Source: Craspedostauros australis (lineage: Eukaryota). Taken from it: a stretch of 49,419 bases of DNA. Positions 1 to 9,300 of this stretch are shown piece after piece. The stretch lies in NCBI GenBank assembly GCA_030167865.1, contig JALAGF010005232.1:1-49419 (forward strand). The letters are read 5' to 3'. The notes beneath the pieces are model-generated. The model ran no database searches. It was given only the letters and a program-made list of their open reading frames with translations, and was not told the origin of the DNA. Each line of letters opens with the position of its first letter. Position 1 is the stretch's first letter. The position numbers and the translations under genes are program-made.

Positions 1-127
1 TGCGACACCATGAAGACAAAAACAAGTCTGATGATGACGCGTTTGTGAGCCGACAGCACTCGGGAAGAAGTAGTGGAAATATCACGTACATGGTTTACCG
101 CGGCTCCCACTTAGTCCCTGTACCGTT

Positions 128-323
128 AATTGTGGTCTCAACACATGTCGCACAACCGGCCGAGACGAGCAGAGAAAAAGGTGAAAGTACTCCAGACTCG
201 NNNNNNNNNNNNNNNNNNNNNNNNNNNNNNNNNNNNNNNNNNNNNNNNNNAATTGTGGTCTCAACACATGTCGCACAACCGGCCGAGACGAGCAGAGAAA
301 AAGGTGAAAGTACTCCAGACTCG
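128..323. other. 50-N scaffold gap (201-250) flanked by an identical 73-bp duplication (128-200 = 251-323)
   Basis: The same aattgtggtctcaac...ccagactcg string lies immediately before and after the N run. This is typical of overlapping contig ends. Confidence 0.85.
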
Positions 324-474
324 ACGAAAGTACTCAGGACTAGGTGAAAGTACTCCAGACTCGACGAAAGTACTCGAGAGTAGGTGAAAGTACTCCAGAC
401 TCGACGAAAGTAATTAGGANTAGGTGAAAGTACTCCAGACTCGACGAAAGTACTCAGGATTAGGTGAAAGTACT
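301..474. repeat. Tandem array of a 40-bp unit (about 4.3 copies), each made of two related 20-mers sharing GAAAGTACTC
   Basis: Consensus TAGGTGAAAGTACTCCAGAC-TCGACGAAAGTACTCAGGAC repeats at 301, 341, 381 and 421, with a partial copy at 461. There are no variable spacers. Confidence 0.95.
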
Positions 475-1128
475 GTTTCGATGAATAACCGAAATAACGG
501 TTATTACCTATTATTTAACGTCCTCAATGGTGTCAACGGAGTTTGACTAATCAGAATAATACATTGGTGCACAAATGCCACGTCAGCATTGACATTCTTG
601 GACGTTTCTTCGATCGTTTCGTCGAAATTCCCGTGTCTTGCAGGCACAGAGTTTGCAGCGTGCTGATTGGACAGATCGGGACAACGGAGCGCCGCATTAC
701 TTATGAAAGCCCCGACGCAAATACTGGAAGTCGCACAGCACACTGTTTAATTTACGCGAATAATTTTCAAGGGTGTAGGTAAATCACTCATGTGTCCCGC
801 ACGAATGATTCGGATAGATCGAGTCACTTTTTCATTTCGTGATGTTCTTCTTTCCTCGGAGAAGCACCATGACGCATTCATCGAGCGAAGTCCAGAAAAG
901 AGAGGTGAACAAACACGTTCGCGCGGCGATGATCGCCCAGTCACCACCAAAATCGTTGGACTTGCGACATGCACCTTCACACAAATGGTGATACCAACCT
1001 CAACAGCCCCGCCGAATTCCATCCTTTCTGTGTGGCACCCTGTTTCTCTCCCTCTGTGTTGTGCACTCTCTGGCTCTTCGCGCAGCTGTCACCGATTCGT
1101 GGGGCTTCATTTTCAAACGATGCTCCTC

Positions 1129-1178
1129 GCATGGCGTGAGAGCATGGCGTGAGAGCATGGCGTGAGAGCATGGCGTGA
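1129..1178. repeat. 13-bp minisatellite (GCATGGCGTGAGA) x ~3.8
   Basis: Units at 1129, 1142, 1155 and 1168 (partial). Confidence 0.9.
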
Positions 1179-1379
1179 AATATGCACGCATGCTGTGTGG
1201 TACTCCGAGGTGCATGGTGCACCATTTTCAAACAGCATGATGATGGAGGGTAACGGCGAAGTTCTGCAGTATTGCACACAATATCCGTGAGTACGAACAG
1301 CGCACCGAACGATTCAAACACAGTGAAGCAGAGCACTCGACTTGGCTTGTCCAGCAACGTGGAGTGAAGTGACTTGACG

Positions 1380-2318
1380 ATGGCGAAGAGTCAAGGATTG
1401 CCGAAGAGCAACGGGGCCAAGTCCCATCGTGGCAGCGCAGCATCATCTGCGGCATCCGGTTTCAACGGCGGGAGGAACAAGAGCGGCACCTGCTGGTCTC
1501 GCACCGTGGAAGATGTCACGGGAACCTGCCGCCGCGATCCCGGCTTCCAAGCCTCCGACGGGAACAAGAAGATCGACATCCCCGCGAGCTTCTCGCCGCA
1601 GGGATGCATGCCGTTGCTGTGGAAGCTCCTCGCCATCGCGCTCAACGGTTTCACTTTCTACATGGGCTACCTCGAGGACCCGAGATGGATGTACTTCGCC
1701 TACCTCACGCACTGGGGCGTGGTGCTCTGCATCGCTCATTCCTTGGTCAGCTTCTACAACGCAATCAACCCCGTGCCGCCGTCGCCACCGGGAACGACCG
1801 TCGTGTCATTCCGCACCAAATTCGCCTGGGTGCTGTTCACCGTCGCCGCTCACGCCGAGCTTCTCATCACGGTGGTGTACTGGACCGTGATCTTTGCGGG
1901 CGAGGTGAACATGATCTCCTTCTTCAGCCACGGCATCATTGGCCTCGTGCTGATCATCGACGGCGTGGGCGTCAACACGATCCCCGTTCGTCTGCGTCAT
2001 TGGTTCGAGTTCTGTCTCCCGTTCGTGGCCTTCTACGTTATCTGGACGGTCATCCATTCGCCCCTGGTGCTTGGTTTGGGCAACCCTGACACCAGCGACA
2101 ACGATCCAGAAACAACGGACGATGTGATCTACGAAGTTCTGGATTGGCAGAACAAGCCGGAAGAAACGGCAATATTGGGTGCGCTCCTGGCGTTCGTACT
2201 GTCACCGATCCTCTACCTGAGCCTTTGGGCCGTCTCCTGCTGCCGAAGGCGCTACGTTAACCCATCGGATGCCTCGGGTTCCAAATCCACGTCCTACCGA
2301 AGAATGGCGGATGTGTGA
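1380..2318 (+). CDS. Rolling stone / FAR-17a-AIG1-like multipass membrane protein (paralog 1)
   Basis: ORF of about 312 aa from ATG 1380 with about 6 hydrophobic segments. Motifs FAYLTHWG, ITVVYW, FSHG, YVIWTVIH and IYEVLDW are typical of rolling stone proteins. Confidence 0.8.
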   Translation: MAKSQGLPKSNGAKSHRGSAASSAASGFNGGRNKSGTCWSRTVEDVTGTCRRDPGFQASDGNKKIDIPASFSPQGCMPLLWKLLAIALNGFTFYMGYLEDPRWMYFAYLTHWGVVLCIAHSLVSFYNAINPVPPSPPGTTVVSFRTKFAWVLFTVAAHAELLITVVYWTVIFAGEVNMISFFSHGIIGLVLIIDGVGVNTIPVRLRHWFEFCLPFVAFYVIWTVIHSPLVLGLGNPDTSDNDPETTDDVIYEVLDWQNKPEETAILGALLAFVLSPILYLSLWAVSCCRRRYVNPSDASGSKSTSYRRMADV

Positions 2319-2730
2319 GGTGTACCATGGAGTGCAGCGAAGTGCGATCATGGAGAGAGCACAGCCCAATATTAATGTGATGTCATGTCATGTCACGTCG
2401 TGACGATGGCAGACAGTTTTCTAGAGAGATGTTCAGAAAATATTGTAGCAGAGTAGAAAGGAAAATGGATAATGTGGAAGCATGAAATGTGGCAGCAGCA
2501 CGGACGACGCGTTGCTGTGATGTTCTTCTCGGTGCGTTGAGCTCATTCAGTATTGCAGCCCTCAAACTTTCGTGCAAGGCGGACAAGCATGAAGTATCTG
2601 GTCAACCATGGTGAGATGATGGAGGACGTGCAGAAGGCACTTCATGCTCCTCTGTTTGAAAGAGCGATGCCAATATTAGAGTTTTATATACTTGTGTTTC
2701 TTCCTACATGTTAGCAAGAAAATAAGCTGA

Positions 2731-2812
2731 GATACTGTGGCCGAGTGGTTAAGGCGAGAGACTTGAAATCTCTTGGTGTTTCACCGCGCAGGTTCGAACC
2801 CTGTCAGTATCG
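2731..2812 (+). tRNA. tRNA-Ser, anticodon UGA
   Basis: Acceptor stem GATACTG/CAGTATC; D-arm GCCGAGTGGTTAAGGC; anticodon stem AGAGA/TCTCT with loop CT-TGA-AA (anticodon 2764-2766); long variable arm; T-loop TTCGAAC; discriminator G; 82 nt. Confidence 0.97.
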
Positions 2813-2817
2813 TTTTT
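2813..2817 (+). terminator. RNA polymerase III terminator (T5) of the tRNA gene
   Basis: TTTTT immediately after the tRNA discriminator base. Confidence 0.8.
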
Positions 2818-3554
2818 GCGCCTTTCTCTGGGAAGTTTCGCCTTTTGTTCATGCACACAACAAGGATGGAACAGGCGAAAAGGCAGAAAGTCCAAACATC
2901 CAAGGGAACAACGACAAGGTTACATCCACGCTGCTCTACCCTCTTTTGGTTATTCTTCGATCCATCATGGTGATCTGCTAGTTCGAACGCACTTCGCTCG
3001 TATCCTCCCCGCCGGTGTTGGCGCCACCACATTCCAAAGGTCATTTCCTTGCCATCAAACAAACATGAGCCACACGCTGGGCCTTTCTACGACTATTCCC
3101 ATCCACTCACTGGTTACTTTGTTGCCACGCCGTGATGACCACCAAGGATGCCCATTCACACTTTCGACACACAAGGACGCACAGGCTCTGCCTTTATCAT
3201 TCACCCCAAGCCATGGTGGCGACACGCAGACAAGTCCAAGCACAGAATCCATTTCACCTGTTTGTTTACCAGCACCATCGTGTGACGATGCGTCGCAACG
3301 GGATGTGCGAACGTGAAAAGTCGGCGGATGATCAGACTTCAAAGCAACAGCCTCTTCATCATAACCACCATCACCATCTCCTGCACTTTTCCCTCCAACG
3401 TCCACGAGCCAGTCGTCGAGCAAGGAGGAACTATGAGGGTCACATAAATTCGCGAACGAGTGAACGAACAAGTCGCAATCAGAAAACGCATTCAATCCTC
3501 TACTTGCACTAGCGAGCCAAAGGAAAATATATTGCAAACACAAGAGCAGAAACC

Positions 3555-4541
3555 ATGGCAAAGGCGACAACCGAGAATACGCACGATGAGGATGCAGTAT
3601 CCTCTGCGTCACCATCATCATCATCATCTTCTTCTTCTTCTTCTTCATGTTGCTCACGCATGGGAAGCGAGGTAGCTGAGTTTTGTCGTCGCGCGCCCAT
3701 GTTCAAGATCACAGACGGTGAGAGGACTATCGATGTCCCGGCAAGCTTCTCGCCGCAGGGCTTTCCCGTCTTGGCTTGGAAGGTGATGGCGCTGGCGATT
3801 CACATAGTCGGAGTCGTCACAGCCATCTTCAAGTTCGACTCATGGGTCTTCATTGGCTACTTTACCCATTGGTGCGCAATCATCGCCACCCTTTACATCA
3901 CACTCAGCCTCTACAATTCATTGATTCCGGTTCCCCAACCGAGCGTCGATCCGCAGTCGGCATCTCTCGAAGCCGTGTCGACACGGACGAAGATCACGTG
4001 GATCCTCTTTGCTGCATCCTCCTCTCTGCAGATAGGATTGAGCATCACGTACTGGGCGATCCTGTACAGTGGCGCTGCGGTGGATGTGGCAACGGTGGTC
4101 AATCATGGCGTCCTTGCGGTGGTGGTGCTGATCGACGGCATGGGTGTCAACACGATCCCTGTTCACATGCGCCATTGGTTCGAGGTGATGCTGCCGATCA
4201 TGGTCGCGTACACCTTCTGGACATTCCTGCATTCGCCGCTCGCCCTTGGTCTTGGCAATCCCTCTCGCAATGCCGACGATGACACCTTCGAGGACGACGA
4301 TCTCCTCTACGACGCCATCGACTGGGACGGCAGCCTCACTGGGACGGTAATTCTGTGCACGATAAATATCGTGGTGATCTCGCCCGCAAGCTACCTGTTA
4401 GTCTGGTCCATCTCGTCAGGCAGACGCCGATGGCTGTCCAAGGATACGGAAGCAGAGGTCGACAGCGAGGTTGAGGATGTGAACGCCGTCCCCATATATG
4501 ATCACGACGGCGACGAACCGATGTTCGCGCGCGCTGTGTAA
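3555..4541 (+). CDS. Rolling stone / FAR-17a-AIG1-like multipass membrane protein (paralog 2)
   Basis: 328-aa ORF. It shares IDxPASFSPQG, YFTHW, TYW, NHG, IDGxGVNTIPVxxRHWFE, HSPLxLGLGNP and YxxxDW with 1380-2318. Confidence 0.82.
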   Translation: MAKATTENTHDEDAVSSASPSSSSSSSSSSSCCSRMGSEVAEFCRRAPMFKITDGERTIDVPASFSPQGFPVLAWKVMALAIHIVGVVTAIFKFDSWVFIGYFTHWCAIIATLYITLSLYNSLIPVPQPSVDPQSASLEAVSTRTKITWILFAASSSLQIGLSITYWAILYSGAAVDVATVVNHGVLAVVVLIDGMGVNTIPVHMRHWFEVMLPIMVAYTFWTFLHSPLALGLGNPSRNADDDTFEDDDLLYDAIDWDGSLTGTVILCTINIVVISPASYLLVWSISSGRRRWLSKDTEAEVDSEVEDVNAVPIYDHDGDEPMFARAV

Positions 4542-5133
4542 CTTAACGAGTAAACGAGGGCGCCGGACTTTCAAGGAAGCACTCTACGAGCATTCTCTCG
4601 TACGCATGTATGGTATAGCAATGCAATTAATAAACCTTTAGCATGTTCGATGTCCCTCATAGGCAACAAGGAGTACAGAAGACGGACTCTTTCAGCGTAG
4701 AGCAGGGCACAACCTGTGGCAAACATCGATGTGGGTTGGGCAAACGAATGGATGAAGACAAACAGACAGACAAAAGCAGTCTGGAAGTTGTGGCATAATC
4801 TCGAATACACTGCACTTATTGCTTCCTGATCGATTCTCTGGTGATGTTGTTGGTTGGCGTGAGCTGACTCGCGGACCAATCAACCAATCGAGTCGTGCAT
4901 ATCATCTCTAAAGGGGCTGTGCATGTACCATGTCAACACCACGTTTGCCTGTTTGGTATCTTTGTCGCCATCTCTCGTGTTGCAACACTCTGGTGTCATC
5001 ACTGCTGTCTCAGGTTACAGACCACCAGCACGACACGATCATCACCTCCACATCCAAAGCGAAGCACACGAAAGCAAAGCACCAAGACGAAGACGACGGC
5101 GATGACCTCATAACATCACCATCATCATCCACA

Positions 5134-5829
5134 ATGCATGCGTTCACAATCATTGCCATGCTCGCGGCTTGTTGCGGAAACGGCAGCGCCGCGTTTCAAC
5201 CGAGTCCGAAGATCGACCAGCGCTGCCCATGGGGTGCTGAATCCCAAAGACGACATGATCGAATCTTCCATCGCAATGCATCTCCTTCAGAAATAGAATA
5301 CAGCGACGAGGACCCCAGACGATACGGGTTGCACAAGCTTGGAAATCTGCTTCATGAGTTGCACCCTCGCGTGTCGGCTTCGGTGTTGCGATTGGCGGAT
5401 ATTTGGGTTGGCAAAATGATTGCCAGCGAATCTGGCGATGTTGGAAACGATGCTGATTCCGAAAATGAGAGGGATTGGAACAACGTCGTCCGCGCCCTCG
5501 AGGCGGTGCAGAAGGAGCTGAAGGCCATCAAGGAGGCGAATCCCGAATGGAAGGAATACTGCGAGGCTGAGCCCGGAGCAGTGGCCATGTTGGCGGCAAT
5601 CATAGAGGAGGTGGACAACATGATCTCCGTAGAGGGGTGCATGTCGATTGGTCCGCAAGCTTCGCTCCCTTATTTGGATGCGATGCGCGATGTGCTGGTC
5701 CTCAGAACTGAACTGGCTGGTGACAAGGATCAAGACGAAGACGCGAAAGAAGCGATATCTCTCTTCATCGATCTCAGGGATCAAGCAGCAGCATACCTCC
5801 TGGACTTCATCGATTGGATCGAATCATGA
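5134..5829 (+). CDS. Hypothetical protein, predicted plastid-targeted (signal peptide + SAAF motif)
   Basis: ATG 5134 gives MHAFTIIAMLAACCGNGSAA|FQPSP, resembling the diatom ASAFAP bipartite leader. The rest is an acidic, helical-looking ORF of about 231 aa in total. Confidence 0.65.
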   Translation: MHAFTIIAMLAACCGNGSAAFQPSPKIDQRCPWGAESQRRHDRIFHRNASPSEIEYSDEDPRRYGLHKLGNLLHELHPRVSASVLRLADIWVGKMIASESGDVGNDADSENERDWNNVVRALEAVQKELKAIKEANPEWKEYCEAEPGAVAMLAAIIEEVDNMISVEGCMSIGPQASLPYLDAMRDVLVLRTELAGDKDQDEDAKEAISLFIDLRDQAAAYLLDFIDWIES

Positions 5830-6374
5830 GGTCGTGGAATGTGAGATGCAGCGGGATCAGGTCAGGTCGTCTCGGAGCGTGATGGGCACAGTTTCGGATG
5901 ATGCGGTGGCATCAGCGGTGTAACATACTCGTCGTGTACAAGCCGCTTCATTCATTGTAAATAACTCAAGGATTACATTAGATTTGTATTAGAGTTGGGT
6001 TTCTTGTTTGGATGTCTCGCAAAAGTCAAGGAAGAGAGAGAGAGAGTGCGTGCGTGTGTGATGGACAATAGTGCTGTGCTGGGAACTGTAATGGAGTTGT
6101 GCTCCCGGAGAGAGGCAATCCATGCTCTTGTGGAGTGCTGACTGCTCCGAAAGATTTCAACGTGATTGATCCTTCGCGGAAGCTTCGTGTGATGGACAGA
6201 ACTCCATCCGACACGACAAATCATTCCCAGATTTTGGGTATCAAAGCACACACAACGCTGCCTCATCCATCATCTGCCGTTCGTGCGTGACCTCATTCCT
6301 TCTGTCGCCGCAATCTCCTGCACCATACCATATCATACCATACGAGCACGAGGACTCCAAGAAGTGCCCTTACT

Positions 6375-9300
6375 ATGGACCAAATGACAACACAGACCCC
6401 CGAGAGCGTAGCTGGATCTACAAACACACCTGCCGCGCAAGACCAAGCCGTTGATCCGAATCACAATGACGATGCTGCCAACGCCGACATGCAAACGGCA
6501 ACAGCCGACGCAGGTGCGGATGCTGAGACGCAAGATGAGGCAAAGATGGAAGAAGATGAGGGCGCACAAGCACCGGACGATGCAGCTGGACATGCGAATG
6601 ATGTCGATGGCTTGAACAATGCACAGCATGCGACGAATCTTGAGCAGCCAACGACTGAAGCGCAACGAACGGATGGCGTTGTGGATGCAAACAACAGAGC
6701 GCCGATGCAAGAGAGTTTGGACAAGCACAGCCATGGTGATGGCATGTCCGTAGTCACACACGACCTCAACGAAACAAAGCGACGAGAGGGTCGTCCCAGC
6801 ATGATTCATGATCTGCGAAGGCATCGCTCAAGGAGCACGAGCGCGCTGACGAAAGATCTGCGCATCAATCTGGATGCGGACGACACACCGAAAGCCTCTT
6901 CCAACATCACTTCCAACATCTCTTCCAATATCAGTTCCCATATCATGGCTGGAACGTCCACAAAACAACCAACGCGCAAGTCAGCGAAGCAGATGGGGTT
7001 GCGACACAGCGCCGCTTCCAATCTATCCTTATCCAGACACTCTTCCAAGAATGCGGCACCCGCAGCACCTCGATCCTCGACCCTGGCACAGCACGAAGGC
7101 TCTCGACAGAGTTCGAATCTGTCGCAGTCGGTAGCTGCAGCATCGGCCGCGTCCTCCACAACGGGCGTGGGCAACACGTCTCTGGGTCGACAACGCGTCT
7201 ACAGAACCGTGCATGTGCTCAAGTCTAAGACCAAGAAATCGGCCACGGCCCAAGGCCGGTCGGGACACCAGCCGACGGTCAAGTGGGTTACGAGAGAGAT
7301 CGCAGCGCTAGACTTTCTGCTCAACATCCCGATGCAGGCCGAGCAGAGGATCGTGTCGTCGGGATGGCTGCGGGAGCAGGGATATGATCCGGCAGACTAC
7401 GACGACCAACCGCAACCGGACAACAACAAGGCCAGCATCCACGCGGTCAACACCGAACCGCACCATGCGGGAGATCTTGCCACGAACTACGCTTTCCGAA
7501 AGAGCACCTCCGACGCCGACAACAGTATCGACGCATCATCGCATGGCGTGCCGGGCCAACCGCCCAGAGATGCCGGCGATGTCGATCACGATGGCATGCC
7601 AAAACTCCAGAACGACCCACGCCCTGCGCCGGTCTTTCATCCCACAGGTCGCTGGTGGGACAAGTGGATCCCGTACGTCGCATCGCACACTGCCGGGGTC
7701 CTGACCAGCAACGCCGATCCGACGGGCCGCCTCCTCAACCAAAAGGATATCGAAGCCGGTGAAGCCGCAGAGCTGGAGCAGCCGGATGACAAGCTCGACA
7801 GCACCACGCCCAAATCGCAGCTCAATCCCTACACCGCGGCACCAAATGCGCCCATGTCCTTCGCGGCCGCTCCGATGTCACAGGTGCCAGGACGTCGGTT
7901 GGAAGGCGACATCGCGGTGGCCGTCCAAATCCCCTTGACGGTGGATACCACCGTGACGCGGCAACGCTCCGTGGCACGACAGGCGGCCGTGCGGCAATGG
8001 GAATTGCGCCTGGCGCACGGATTGCAGCACCAGGCCCCGTCGCCCATGAACCGGGGCCTCGTCGTCCTGCAGAACAAGCAACCGCAGGACAACCGCGGCT
8101 CCATGCTCGATGGTCGCATGTTCTTCGCCGCGGCGGGCGGATACCCGATGGGCGTCTACTCCATCCTGAAGTACGAACCGCGCAAGGAGGAGGCCATCTT
8201 GCGACGTCGCAAGCTGGAGGCGTTGGGCGGTGGCGGCACGCAATTCTTCGCCATGCCCGCGAGAGATTGGCGAGGTATATCCTACCGCCAGTTGCTCGTG
8301 GTTGTCGAGAGGCGGCGCGAAGACTTTGCCAAGCAAGTTGGGTTGGCAGCAGGCGTGGATTCGGGCGACAGCATGGCCGACACAACAAAGCGCGGGCCGA
8401 CGCCATCTCTGTTCAACCGATTCACGCGCAGCAACGAACGCGGTGGCACGTTTGCATCGCTATCCGACAGCAACAAAGCAGCGGATTCGGACAAGGACGG
8501 TATCGATGATGGGGAAGCTCATGGCAGCGGTAAAAACAAGGACCCTGAAAACAACAACAACAACAACACTAACGATGACGATGGCAACGATGATGGCGAC
8601 GACGATGATGTTTCATCCTTGTCAAGCTTCGATTCGCAATACGATGACGATGATTACGTCCCTGGCCTTCTCGACGATCCGGAGATGGTGCAGGGCAGAC
8701 ACCGAAACGTCATGATCGGCGATCGGGATACGGGATGCATCGTGAGCTCGACGATCCAGTTCGTCAAACCGAGCCTGCTCAAGGCTGACTTGAACCAGCA
8801 GTTCCGTGATCGGTTCGATGGGTGGGAACCGCCGAAGTCCCAACGCAAGTACATCGGCGCACGCGTTGTGGATGGTGTGTACACGCTGATGGAACCCGGA
8901 GAAGGTGAGAACAACAACGACGATGCGTCCACCATAATCACGACGAATACTGAAACGTTGGATCCGACCAATGTCACGGCCACGCCGTCGCGCAGAAGGA
9001 AAGGGTCAGTGGGCTCTGTATCCAGTGTGAACAATCCACACGGAGGTGGCGGTGGCAGCATCGGCAACACCGGCCAAGGCAGCGAATCCATCAGCAAAAG
9101 CGGCCACAAGAAGAAGTCGTCCGGCAGGAATGCGGCTACAAACAATAACAACAGCGCTGGCAGCGTCAACAACAACAGCGCAAGCAACAACAACAATGCA
9201 AACAACGACACGAACACAAAGAACAAGAAAGATACCAAAACGATCCGAATACCGCCATCCCTCACGCTCTCCAAGATCCGATCGATCAAAATGCAAGCAT

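Noticed and set aside
28..80. CTGATGA...GAAA as a possible hammerhead ribozyme core
   Set aside because: I could not form stems I-III around the core motifs.
128..323. 73-bp direct repeat as LTR or target-site duplication
   Set aside because: It abuts an N gap on both sides and is most simply an assembly overlap.
301..474. CRISPR-like appearance of the 40-bp repeat array
   Set aside because: The units are contiguous with no unique spacers, there are no cas genes, and the context is eukaryotic.
484..512. Hairpin as a canonical Helitron 3' end
   Set aside because: The stem is AT-rich and is followed closely by CTAT, not CTRR at the usual spacing. It is kept only as part of the array finding.
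3055..3657. 200-aa minus-strand ORF
   Set aside because: It overlaps the real plus-strand gene antisense, its start is derived from a poly-Ser microsatellite, and it has no motifs.
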